Shown piece after piece: positions 10,176-20,106 of a stretch of DNA of 64,000 bases; within the stretch, counting starts at the first letter, position 1; each line of letters starts with the position of its first letter. The notes under the pieces are model-generated. The model had not been told where the DNA came from. It saw only the letters and a program-made list of their open reading frames with translations, and did no database searches. The DNA comes from Promethearchaeota archaeon (GTDB taxonomy: Archaea > Asgardarchaeota > Lokiarchaeia > Sigyniarchaeales > SOKP01), in assembly GCA_019058245.1 (NCBI GenBank), contig JAHPZJ010000015.1, positions 32,001 to 96,000 of the forward strand, given 5' to 3'. Position numbers and translations under genes: made by a program.

Positions 10176-11882
10176 TCATTTATTTTTCCTTACTAAGTTC
10201 CGTTTACTTAAGAGAATGAATATAATAATCACTCCAATCAATGTCCCGCTAAATAGAAAAGAAATTTGAAAGCCTGGAATTCCTTCTTCTTCAAATGTAA
10301 CTAGTATTGTAGTCTCTTGATAATTGCTTGAGTTATCTACTGCTCTAGCTGTTATGTTATGAAGTCCCTTACTGTAATCTGCGGTATTTATACTATGAAT
10401 TACTTCAGGATATGGGTAATAATCTGGCATAGCTTCACTTTTTAATAATAATCCATCAAGATAAAGTTCTATTCTATCAAGTGCTTGATCATCATCTCCT
10501 TCTGCTGTTATGTTAACTATACCACTTAGCCCCGCGTTCGATTCTGGGTTTGTAATTGTTATTGAAGGATCTGTAGTATCTGGGGGTGCTGTTCCATCAT
10601 CATTAACTGTAATTAGAGTTGATTCAGCCTTAGCTACAGTACCATCCAGGTTTTGTACATGGAACACAACTTTATAATCCCCTAAAGAAGCACCTTGTGC
10701 AGATAAACGTCCTAAATAAAGATTGTTTCCATATATTCCATCATTGGCCTTTCCATCTCCATGGTTCCCGTCGTCATATACATAGGTTTGTTTAATATTG
10801 TCTTGAATCATTGGTACAATTCCGTCTCCATCTGGATCTGGAGGTGTTGGAGGTACCCATCCTGGGGGAAGTACTCTCACATACACCTTTTCAATAGGTG
10901 TATGATTGCTTACAACGACCCAAATAGGAGTAGTAGGGGCTTGGACAGATATATATGCTCTTAAAGGGAACTGAAATATAAAGGTTTCTGGAGGACAATT
11001 AGTTCCAGTGCCTATCCAATAATTTAATGCATCTGAGCCGTCTCCTCCGTTTGGTAAATCACCCCATGTATCTACTTCATGACCCAAATCGTCATGATTA
11101 TCATCAATCAAAGGTTTTTCTACACCTCCATACCCACTAGCTATTACATGATCTACAGCATCTTCAAAACATTCTCCGATAGTATTACATGCTACTAGTG
11201 ACGAAAAAAATTCTTCAGAAAAATATGCCCATTCAGAACTTGCAAATGCATTATGAGTAGTGTCCGTTGAGGTAATTACAATTCGATTACTTTTGCTAAT
11301 ATCGTCAATAAATGAACCTGCATGACAAGCTTCGTATATTATAACCATACGATTACAGTCAGTAGCAGTCTCTAATTCATCTAACCAACTACTTAAAGAA
11401 CTAGCTGCTAAGTTTGGACCTGTAATAGACATTGAATTAGTACCTCCATGATCAAACATATATATCCCCAGAGCCTGACTTGGACCTACTCTACTAGCAG
11501 CCCAATTAGTAATCGCATCCTCAATATTTGCAAGATTAGCAACATCATCTTGAAAAAGAGAAATATGATATGCATCAGTAACAGTTGGATCTGGTCCTAA
11601 ATACTTTATGTTACTTGCTGAAACATCTCGACTGACTAATATAAAATAAGCAACATCACATCCCTTTTTTATTTGTGTAACACATGCATGATCGGATTCT
11701 CTATCACCTCCAATTATAATCCATGCTCCAATATTTAAGCGCGCAGCTGCTGATTTTGGATTTGGGACCTCTGAATTAATAGATTGATGATTATTCATAG
11801 TTATTATCTGTGCATTTGGAATAATAGTTGTGAAAATCGCAAAGATCAATAAAAAATATATTTTTTTTTTAAATTTCCTCAT
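10176..11882 (-). CDS. Paralogous secreted C13-like cysteine peptidase with Ig-like domain and PGF-type anchor
   Basis: DHGG and EACHAG dyad, DDGNHGDGKANDGIY motif, IPGF+TM tail; collinear with the adjacent gene. Confidence 0.7.
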   Translation of the reverse strand: MRKFKKKIYFLLIFAIFTTIIPNAQIITMNNHQSINSEVPNPKSAAARLNIGAWIIIGGDRESDHACVTQIKKGCDVAYFILVSRDVSASNIKYLGPDPTVTDAYHISLFQDDVANLANIEDAITNWAASRVGPSQALGIYMFDHGGTNSMSITGPNLAASSLSSWLDELETATDCNRMVIIYEACHAGSFIDDISKSNRIVITSTDTTHNAFASSEWAYFSEEFFSSLVACNTIGECFEDAVDHVIASGYGGVEKPLIDDNHDDLGHEVDTWGDLPNGGDGSDALNYWIGTGTNCPPETFIFQFPLRAYISVQAPTTPIWVVVSNHTPIEKVYVRVLPPGWVPPTPPDPDGDGIVPMIQDNIKQTYVYDDGNHGDGKANDGIYGNNLYLGRLSAQGASLGDYKVVFHVQNLDGTVAKAESTLITVNDDGTAPPDTTDPSITITNPESNAGLSGIVNITAEGDDDQALDRIELYLDGLLLKSEAMPDYYPYPEVIHSINTADYSKGLHNITARAVDNSSNYQETTILVTFEEEGIPGFQISFLFSGTLIGVIIIFILLSKRNLVRKNK

Positions 11883-12114
11883 AATTATAAAATCTCTTTT
11901 AATTAAATGAATTATAGAGATAGATTATAATCCAGTATTTAAATCTATTGCAGAGTAGTGGAGATCAAAGCTGGCTTAAATTAGATAGAAAATCTGTAAT
12001 TAACAGCCTTGATCTTAAAATTAGTGATAATAACAGATACAAATGTATAAACCCTAAATTTTTATTCAATTGAAAAATTATTCTTCACAAAATTTTCATC
12101 GAAATTAGCCTCTT

Positions 12115-12876
12115 TTAATTGTAGAAAGGAAGAGTGCTAAGTCTCTTTTGGATTTCAATAAATGGGTGTATAACCATTTTTTTGGTAAGTTCATATACAT
12201 CTTTTGTACCTGAATAGATATCATGCCATTTTACGGCTTTTCCAAATACATTTTTTAATGTCACCTTCTTGTTAAGTAGAGCGTCTTTTGTAATATCTTT
12301 TGGTATATTCACCATTGTTTCTTTATAGACCTTCTCAATGGCAGTTTTTACATTCATTTTAGGTTTACTCTGTAGTTTAACAACTACTTTATCCATAAAG
12401 TCTTTATATTCACTTAAATAATCAAATGTCTTTTCAGCATATTTAACAACTTTTTGAGCATCAATTCTACCCGCATCAAAACTTTGAATTGTGTCTCTCA
12501 TCCTATCTTTCGCTTTATCTATAAGGCGATCCTTAATTTCTTTAATTAGAACATCTATTGAGCCTTCACCGGATAAGACATCATTAGCTTTCTGATCTAA
12601 ACTTGAAAGTAGACTTTTTTCCACCTCTAATGGTGAAGACTTAGTGTTTTCAAGAATCTCACGCATATTTTCGGTGTATTCTGTTTCATTTTTATTAGTT
12701 ATATACTCTTTTACAATTTCTTGCTGTTTTTGCTGTTCTTGTTGTTCTCCTTCAGCGCAAGAAACACATAGTCCAGTATAAGAATGTATCTCACCTATCC
12801 AGGCTTCAGTACCATATACCTTTTTACACTTCTCACAATGTTTGTATTTTACCATAGACACCACATACCTAATCAT
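12115..12876 (-). CDS. Hypothetical protein, N-terminal CxxC-CxxC zinc finger plus helical domain
   Basis: CEKC...CVSC followed by a Q/E/K-rich helical region. Confidence 0.55.
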   Translation of the reverse strand: MIRYVVSMVKYKHCEKCKKVYGTEAWIGEIHSYTGLCVSCAEGEQQEQQKQQEIVKEYITNKNETEYTENMREILENTKSSPLEVEKSLLSSLDQKANDVLSGEGSIDVLIKEIKDRLIDKAKDRMRDTIQSFDAGRIDAQKVVKYAEKTFDYLSEYKDFMDKVVVKLQSKPKMNVKTAIEKVYKETMVNIPKDITKDALLNKKVTLKNVFGKAVKWHDIYSGTKDVYELTKKMVIHPFIEIQKRLSTLPFYN

Positions 12877-13043
12877 TATGTAAATTAATTTATTATTTTA
12901 ATTTTTCACTTAAGTTCATATTATTCCTCATTATTCTATGAGAATAAAATTTGTCAGTGACCTATAATTAGGTTAAGTTTCATTATATATATTTATCATT
13001 GAGTTTATTGGTTTGGATTAGATTATTCAATGAAAATTTCGTA

Positions 13044-13078
13044 GAATTCAGACTCTGAATTTACTTTTCCATTCCAAT
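13044..13078 (+). repeat. 35-bp direct repeat, copy 1 (copy 2 at 14336-14370)
   Basis: gaattcagactctgaatttacttttccattccaat vs gaactcagactctgaatttaccatttcattccaat, 31/35 identical. Confidence 0.8.
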
Positions 13079-13195
13079 TTCAAAAAAAATTAGGACAAAA
13101 TTTAAAAAGGCTCGAACCGTGTGTTTCTTAAAAAGGTGGATAATACAAATAAGAGAAAAATGCATTAGAAGAAATAAATCATCTATTATAGAAAA

Positions 13196-14302
13196 ATGAG
13201 AGAGAATAAAATAATTACTGATATAGAGCAGTTAACACCAGAATGGTTGACGAGGATCCTCAAAGATAAAGGATACTTTAACCAAGGAAAAGTAATAAAA
13301 ATAATTAAGAAAAGATCGCAAGAGACTGTAACTTCTAATGTACATTTCTTAGAGCTTAACTTTTCAATTGATACTCAAACGGAACCAGCTTCTTCTGAAA
13401 TAGTTGTAAAAATCCCTAAACCTAATGAAGTAGCTAGATCTGTCGGGAAACATGAAGCAAAATTTTATCGTATTCTAGCTGAAATGATGAGCGAGATGCC
13501 AATTCCAATCTGTTATGAGGCAGCGTTTTCTGAAGAAACTGGATTGTCACATATTATCCTTGAAAATTTATCAAAAACACACATAGAAAATTTCGAATAT
13601 CCTCCTTCAAAAATAAATAATGAAAGAGCAGTTGACTGTTTAGCAGAATTACATGCTTTTTGGTGGGATCACCCCAAGCTTAAGGAACTATCGAAAAGTT
13701 CTTACGTTCTTTACACATTTAAAGAAAATTCTTTTAATAAAGAAGAAATTTTTAAATGGTTTAATAGCCAAAAAATGACACTCAAGCCATTTTTAGAATT
13801 CTTAGGAGAAAGAATAGGGAGTAAAAGTAAGGAGTTATTTAAAACCATATTCTCATTATATCCTCAAGTGGTATATGAACGAATCTCAAAAGAGAATATA
13901 ACTGTAATCCATTGTGATGCTCATTTCTGGAATTTTTTCTATCCAAAAGACATAATAGATCAAAAATATAAAACAATATTACCTGATTGGCAAACTTGGA
14001 GTATCGGTGTAGGAGCTCAAGATCTTGCATTTATGATAGGACTCTTTTTCTTTCCTGACTATCGGCATTTGGTAGAAAAAGATCTTATCAAACGTTATCT
14101 TAATAAGCTTTTAAAATCAGGTGTGAAAAATTATAGCTGGGATGAGTGTTGGTATGATTACAAGTTATTTACTATATTAAATATTTACAGAATTGTCTGG
14201 TGGTGGAGTGTTGGTATGCCTTCTATAGTTTGGTTGCCTAAATTAGAAGCTTCCATTAGTACTATAAAAGATCTAAATTGTATGGAGCTTTTAGAAAGCT
14301 AA
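13196..14302 (+). CDS. Aminoglycoside/choline kinase-like phosphotransferase (EcKinase/APH family)
   Basis: VVKIP, HEAKFY, LAELHA, HCDAHFWN, DWQ motifs. Confidence 0.85.
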   Translation: MRENKIITDIEQLTPEWLTRILKDKGYFNQGKVIKIIKKRSQETVTSNVHFLELNFSIDTQTEPASSEIVVKIPKPNEVARSVGKHEAKFYRILAEMMSEMPIPICYEAAFSEETGLSHIILENLSKTHIENFEYPPSKINNERAVDCLAELHAFWWDHPKLKELSKSSYVLYTFKENSFNKEEIFKWFNSQKMTLKPFLEFLGERIGSKSKELFKTIFSLYPQVVYERISKENITVIHCDAHFWNFFYPKDIIDQKYKTILPDWQTWSIGVGAQDLAFMIGLFFFPDYRHLVEKDLIKRYLNKLLKSGVKNYSWDECWYDYKLFTILNIYRIVWWWSVGMPSIVWLPKLEASISTIKDLNCMELLES

Positions 14303-14335
14303 AATACTAATAATTTTTTCAAAGGAATTTTTATT

Positions 14336-14370
14336 GAACTCAGACTCTGAATTTACCATTTCATTCCAAT
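14336..14370 (+). repeat. 35-bp direct repeat, copy 2
   Basis: Matches the copy at 13044-13078. Confidence 0.8.
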
Positions 14371-14448
14371 CTTAAATTCATCAAATGACCAAAACTCAAA
14401 AAACAGGACTGTTTAAAGATAAATTAGAATGATTAAGGAATAAATACA

Positions 14449-16599
14449 CTATTTTAATTCCAGTTTATTTTGGCAATAAGGACAATGAAGAGGTAATTCT
14501 TCATCACAATTCTCTAATTCTTCACTACTTATAATATTCTTCCAACATATTAATTTATCTCCCTTTTGAACCATATCTCTGCCATGGTGCTGTGGTATAA
14601 TATCTTTTGTTTGGCAATTCTCACATATAATAAGTTTAGCTTTACTCTCTAACTTTTCAGTGGAAATTTCTTTGTATAAAAACTTGTACTGGAAAATAGT
14701 TAAACTATTAAGCAGAACTAACAATGACACTCCCATATCACCAATTCCAACCGCTAACCAGAGAGTCATGAAGCCAATAACAGTTAAAATTGCGAATGAG
14801 ACTTTTACGATTATGGAAGTCCATATATTTTGTTTTATTTTTTTATTTGTCTTTTTCGCGATGTCAACATAGGTAAGAATTTTTTTTAGATCATCTCCAA
14901 TTACAATAATGTCTGCAGTTTCTAATGTGATATCGGTGGCAGAAGCACCTATTGCGATTCCTAAATCTGCCAATGCTAAGGCGGGTGCATCATTTATTCC
15001 ATCACCAACCATTGCCACTCCTTTATATTGCTGCTGTAAATTTTGTATTTCTTGAAGTTTTTGGTCAGGTAAATGTTCACCATAAGCTCTATCAATATCC
15101 AGACACGATCCAATTGAATTACATACTCTCTGATTATCCCCAGAAATTAATACTGTCTCATAACCACGTTCTTTTAAACCATTTATTAGAATTGGAGCAG
15201 AAACCCTTAAAACATCTCGAATTGAAATGATGCCTAATAATTGTTTGTGATTTCCTAATAAGATTGGAATTGTTCCTGATGATTCAATACTTTCAATATC
15301 ATTGATTGGAAGCTCATAATTTAATTCTTTCATAAATTTTGGACTCCCTACATAGAACATCTCTCCATTAATCTTACCTTTTATTCCTTTTCCTTTTATC
15401 ACCTCAAAGTCATTAATAGGTTGAAAATCTAACTTCATTTCTTTTGCTTGATTCACTATCGCTTTTCCAATTGGATGTTCTGAAAGAGATTCTAAACTCG
15501 CTGCAATACTAATTATATTTTGTTTGGTAACACCATTGTAAGAAATAATCTCAAAGATTCTCAATCTTCCTTCAGTGAGAGTACCAGTTTTATCAAAAGC
15601 AAAAGTTTCTATATCCTTTAGTTTTTCAATAAATTTATTCCCTTTAACTAATATTCCCTCTCTTGCTTGCTTCGTTAGAGATGCTATATTCGCTAAAGGA
15701 GTAGACAATGTTAAAGCACATGGACAAGAAACTACTAATAAAATTAAACCACGATAAAACCAATCAATAAAATTCAACCCAAATAGAGGTGGAATAACCA
15801 TTACTACAATCGAAGAACATAAGATAATAGGGGTGTAGTACTTTGCAAATTTTTCAATGAATTTTTCATGGTTACTCTTATTTTCTTGCGCAATTTTCAC
15901 ACTTTCAGCAATTTGAGCAACAATAGTGTTAGTACTTTCTCTTGTAACTTCAATATCTATAAAACCATCAGAATTTAAGCTAGCAGCAAATACTTCATCT
16001 CCTTTGTTTTTAAAAATCGGAACTGATTCACCGGTGATCGCACTTTCATCTAAATATGAATTTCCTTTTACAATTATACCATCTAAAGGTACTTTCATTC
16101 CAGGTTTTATTCCAACAATATCCCCAATTTTAATTTCCCTCGATGCTACACTTTTATAACCATTTTCTGTCTTTAAAAGAGCCTCATCAGGAGCAAGTTC
16201 AAGTAATTCTTTAATAGCATTTCTAGACTTATCTGTTGTCATTTCTTCTAGTCTTTCTGCTATAGCATATAATAATAATGCAGTTGCTCCCTCTTGTCCA
16301 TGAAAAATGAAAAATGAAGCAATACCAGCTATCAACATTAAAAGATTTGCTGTAATTTTTTTAGCTTTTATATCTTCTATTGCTTCTTTTACAATTCCAG
16401 GACTCGAAAGAAGAATTGAAGTCACAGCTAAAATCTGAGCAATTAATAGATTTTTAAATCCAAAATCAAAAAATATTGATATTCCGAGTAGAACCCCAGC
16501 CGGAATAATAAAATACCAAAATTTTTTTTCAAAAAAGGATTCTTCCTCAATTTCTTCGACTTCACATATAGATGATGAACATGCAATTGTAGTAATAAT
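14449..16599 (-). CDS. Heavy-metal P1B-type ATPase (Zn/Cd-type), probable ATT start, with C-terminal Cys/His module
   Basis: TGES, CPC, DKTGT, SEHP, GDGINDAP. The frame is open 58 codons beyond the track start (ITTIACSSSICEVEE...FWYFIIPAGVLL), preceded by SD AGGTGA. Confidence 0.9.
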   Translation of the reverse strand: MITTIACSSSICEVEEIEEESFFEKKFWYFIIPAGVLLGISIFFDFGFKNLLIAQILAVTSILLSSPGIVKEAIEDIKAKKITANLLMLIAGIASFFIFHGQEGATALLLYAIAERLEEMTTDKSRNAIKELLELAPDEALLKTENGYKSVASREIKIGDIVGIKPGMKVPLDGIIVKGNSYLDESAITGESVPIFKNKGDEVFAASLNSDGFIDIEVTRESTNTIVAQIAESVKIAQENKSNHEKFIEKFAKYYTPIILCSSIVVMVIPPLFGLNFIDWFYRGLILLVVSCPCALTLSTPLANIASLTKQAREGILVKGNKFIEKLKDIETFAFDKTGTLTEGRLRIFEIISYNGVTKQNIISIAASLESLSEHPIGKAIVNQAKEMKLDFQPINDFEVIKGKGIKGKINGEMFYVGSPKFMKELNYELPINDIESIESSGTIPILLGNHKQLLGIISIRDVLRVSAPILINGLKERGYETVLISGDNQRVCNSIGSCLDIDRAYGEHLPDQKLQEIQNLQQQYKGVAMVGDGINDAPALALADLGIAIGASATDITLETADIIVIGDDLKKILTYVDIAKKTNKKIKQNIWTSIIVKVSFAILTVIGFMTLWLAVGIGDMGVSLLVLLNSLTIFQYKFLYKEISTEKLESKAKLIICENCQTKDIIPQHHGRDMVQKGDKLICWKNIISSEELENCDEELPLHCPYCQNKLELK

Positions 16600-16916
16600 T
16601 TATCACCTATGTAATAATGAGATATAATATAATTAGAATTTTCCATTTATAGATAATAAAATTAAGAGATTGTTAATACACTATGTTAATACCATTTCCA
16701 GATTTTTTTTATTAAATATAAAATGTGGGATGTAATCAATTAATAACTAAAAATTAGAGTTGCTAAAGAAAAAAGATAGGGATAACAAAAATAAAGACTA
16801 TCATATTTACTTTTTTAAAGAAAATAAATCTTTTTCATAAAATCTCTTAGAATTTAGTTGATTTTTATGTTTAAATTAAAATTAGAAAATAAAAAAAGAA
16901 AAAAATTTAAAAATTT

Positions 16917-17723
16917 TTAAAGTGTAGTCTTTTTCTGAAAGATTCTAATGCCTAAAATGATAAATATAGCCGCAAATGCTAATATCATTAAGATTCCACT
17001 CCATATAGGAAAGAAAGTAGCTACAGAGGTGGGAGTAATAATAGTACCACTATACAATAGATCAGAGAATGAATCTCCTACAACAGTTAATTGAAGATAA
17101 ACCTGTTTAACCCAATATTGTGGAGTGAAAAACACGCTCACATTATCTAAAGGAAAAAATGAACCCGAAACAAACATTAAGCACATGTGACTTAACATTG
17201 CAATCCCATTCGCACCTTCAGGAGAATTAAGAAAACTCGCAATAATAAGACCTAATCCAATTGATGCGATACCATAAATTAACGCAATTAAGTATCCTAT
17301 TGGCATCATTGCAAGTTCGAAATGAGCCCCTAAAATCCCATATCCAAATAAGTATATTAAAATAATCTGTAGATTCATAAAAACTCCTTCAGATATAACA
17401 GCTCCTAAAAATACATTTCCACGACTTACAGGCATAGCATCTATACGTTCTAATGTTCCATCCTTTTTACTCATTGAAAACATAACTGCACTTGTCACGC
17501 AGGATATCCCAATTGTATATACAACTATTCCAGGAAACTCCACGTCAAAAGTGGTCAATCCATTTATCAAATAACTACCATCATCCGCACTGAAGGCTAG
17601 TTTATAGACAATTAACATCATAATTGGAAATGCAATAGTCCAGAACATCGAACTATAGTTCTTAAGTTTTTCCTTTATATTCTTCTTAGCTATATACCAT
17701 GCTTTTAAATCAATTGTACTCAT
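16917..17723 (-). CDS. ABC-2 type transporter permease
   Basis: Six-TM pattern, GTLERIDAMPVSR, SGSFFP. Confidence 0.88.
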   Translation of the reverse strand: MSTIDLKAWYIAKKNIKEKLKNYSSMFWTIAFPIMMLIVYKLAFSADDGSYLINGLTTFDVEFPGIVVYTIGISCVTSAVMFSMSKKDGTLERIDAMPVSRGNVFLGAVISEGVFMNLQIILIYLFGYGILGAHFELAMMPIGYLIALIYGIASIGLGLIIASFLNSPEGANGIAMLSHMCLMFVSGSFFPLDNVSVFFTPQYWVKQVYLQLTVVGDSFSDLLYSGTIITPTSVATFFPIWSGILMILAFAAIFIILGIRIFQKKTTL

Positions 17724-18733
17724 TAGTCGCGAAGCCCCCTTCCAGTTAATTTTAAAAATATATCTTCTAGAGAATCTTCTCTAAAGTGTAAAGTTTTAAA
17801 CGATTCTATCTTTCCTAAAATTTCATTCTTAAGTGTCTTAACGCCTCCAGTAAATGAGATAATTAACTTATTATTCTCCATTTCTGTAATATTTTTCACG
17901 TCAGTTATTTGTTCTAACCTGTTTTTTGCTTGAATGAGCTCTTTTCTTGAAGAAAAACTAAACTCAAGAATATTCCCATTATTTGAATTACTTTTTAGTT
18001 CATTTACCGTTCCGAAAGCAATAATTTTACCATGATCCATAATTGCGATATGATCACTTAAAACATCAGCCTCTATCATATCATGAGTAGTAAGGATGAT
18101 TGTCATTCCTGTCTTTTTAAGATCCTTGATAAAATCCCAAACAAGGCGTCTAGCTTGGGGATCTAATCCTGCACTTGGTTCATCAAGAAAAAGAATTTGT
18201 GGTTGATTAATAAGGCTCATTACAATATTTAATCGTCGTTTCATTCCCCCAGAAAAGGATTTTGCAGACTTTTTTCGTCCAGCAATATTCATTTTCTCCA
18301 ATAAGATTTTCGTACGTTCTTTTATATCATCAGTATTCATACCATGCATACGACCAACAAATTCTACATTATCCTCTGCTGTTAAGGCTTCAAAAACAAC
18401 ATTTTCTTGAGGACATACACCAATAAATGGTTTAATTTTATCTTTTTCTTTTATTAGGCTATATTCCGCAATTCTAGCGTCTCCGTTTGAGGGTTTTAAT
18501 ACGGTGGTAAGCATTCTAATTGTTGTAGATTTTCCTGCTCCATTTGGACCTAAAAGAGAGAAAAGTTCACCCTTTCGAACTTTAAGACTAATACCATCAA
18601 CTGCTTTAACACTATTGAATGATTTTTCTAGATTTTGAACTATAATAATATATTCAGTTGAAAGTTTATTCTCATTGAATTGATTATGATCTGAAGATAA
18701 TATTATTGCTTCTTTTTTTGTTGATACATTCAT
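17723..18733 (-). CDS. ABC transporter ATP-binding protein (DrrA-like)
   Basis: GPNGAGKST, FSGGMKRR, LDEP, TTH; ATG at 18733 preferred. Confidence 0.92.
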   Translation of the reverse strand: MNVSTKKEAIILSSDHNQFNENKLSTEYIIIVQNLEKSFNSVKAVDGISLKVRKGELFSLLGPNGAGKSTTIRMLTTVLKPSNGDARIAEYSLIKEKDKIKPFIGVCPQENVVFEALTAEDNVEFVGRMHGMNTDDIKERTKILLEKMNIAGRKKSAKSFSGGMKRRLNIVMSLINQPQILFLDEPSAGLDPQARRLVWDFIKDLKKTGMTIILTTHDMIEADVLSDHIAIMDHGKIIAFGTVNELKSNSNNGNILEFSFSSRKELIQAKNRLEQITDVKNITEMENNKLIISFTGGVKTLKNEILGKIESFKTLHFREDSLEDIFLKLTGRGLRD

Positions 18734-18769
18734 AATTTTAATTATAATTAATTTGAATAAGTTTCTTCC

Positions 18770-18805
18770 ATAGACCAATTTTTAATGTATAGACCAATTT
18801 TTAAT
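18770..18805. promoter_or_regulatory. Tandem 17-bp direct repeat upstream of the ABC exporter (putative operator)
   Basis: atagaccaatttttaat twice, period 19. Confidence 0.5.
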
Positions 18806-19087
18806 ATAATTATAAGAAATTAATTTTTTTAAAACGTGAATATAATATATCCTAGTTTTAATTGACTAGAATTAAAATCTTCAATTAGAAGATGTTGTTT
18901 TTAAATGAAAATAATAGATTTCTGGGAAATTAATATTTCTTTATTAAGGAATTTTAGAGTTTTTTCATATATATAACATTCTTTGTATAGATTAAGTCTG
19001 CTGTGTAATGATCTTCCCGAAAAATTAATAAATGAGTACTCTTGAATACTCAAGATTTCTAACAAAAATCTAAAATAAAAAATGATT

Positions 19088-19981
19088 TCACTTTATAATG
19101 TAAACAAGTTTTTGACCTTCTTGTTCTTCGAGGTCTAGTTCTCGTCTAATTGCATTTCTGATTAAATATCCTCCAACATGCAATATTGAATCTTTAAGAA
19201 TAGAATCTTGATCCATTGAAGCATTACAAGGATAAGCATGATGTGCTTTACTTATTCTTTCATTCAATGAGATATTATTACTTTTACCATTCTTAAAATA
19301 TTTGGATTTTAATTGTTGGCAGATATAATAAGTGCTACCACAAGGAGCGCTTTGAATTACGCAAGTATCTTCAATTGAAGTACCATCCTTGCTTAGTAAG
19401 AATGAAACAATAGGTACTCCAATTTTAAAGTAATTTATAAATTCATGAATAAAATTATATTTTTTTGTTAAATTAAAGCCAACTTTATTATATTCATTTA
19501 GTTCTTTACTTAGCGCACAAAAAGGTTTAGGAAATGCTGCTTGAATCCCATATTTTTCGAATTCTTCTAAAATCATTACTTGCAGTCCTGATGGTACCCA
19601 TTTTGGGTCTTCAATTGGCACTATAACTGCTTTAATCCCTTTATCCTTGAGATAATTAGGAAGATCTAAAAGTAAATCTTGATGAATACCAATAACCAAT
19701 AGAAAGTCAACAGGTGGCAAATTCTTTGGTAGATATTCTGTTGAGTCTTCAATAAATTCAGGAATGTTTTCACCTAGTTTCTCATAAAAATATAATGAAT
19801 TGGCAAAACTCTTTAAATGTTCCCTACATTTATCACATTTCACATTTTGTTCTAAATCCTCGCAAGCTTTACAGAATTCTTCATTATTTATAAGATTGCC
19901 AGCAAATTTTTGAGCAAGCATTTCTGTATCTGGACTAGTCCCATAAAAAATACCTAATTTATAATTATTGTTCCTCAACAT
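19088..19981 (-). CDS. DUF166 family protein
   Basis: IHQDL, FPKPFCAL, SAPCGST, HHAYPCNASM, ILHVGGY. Confidence 0.8.
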   Translation of the reverse strand: MLRNNNYKLGIFYGTSPDTEMLAQKFAGNLINNEEFCKACEDLEQNVKCDKCREHLKSFANSLYFYEKLGENIPEFIEDSTEYLPKNLPPVDFLLVIGIHQDLLLDLPNYLKDKGIKAVIVPIEDPKWVPSGLQVMILEEFEKYGIQAAFPKPFCALSKELNEYNKVGFNLTKKYNFIHEFINYFKIGVPIVSFLLSKDGTSIEDTCVIQSAPCGSTYYICQQLKSKYFKNGKSNNISLNERISKAHHAYPCNASMDQDSILKDSILHVGGYLIRNAIRRELDLEEQEGQKLVYIIK

Positions 19982-20106
19982 TGCAATGGAATAAATCCTA
20001 TTTTTTATTTATATTTTTAATAAATTATAAAAGATTTAATTATTGAGCTGAACATGTTCAATTCTGGGTAATTCCAGGCTAGAATTAAATATCGATTAAC
20101 TTTTTC

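Noticed and set aside
13044-14370. 35-bp repeats as a CRISPR array
   Set aside because: Only two copies 1.3 kb apart and no cas genes
16443-16646. 67-aa ORF upstream of the P-type ATPase
   Set aside because: Overlaps the ATPase N-terminal extension, which reads as a sensible TM segment in the ATPase frame
19040-19056. Palindrome TCTTGA-atac-TCAAGA downstream of DUF166
   Set aside because: Single short palindrome in AT-rich DNA; could be chance or a terminator hairpin
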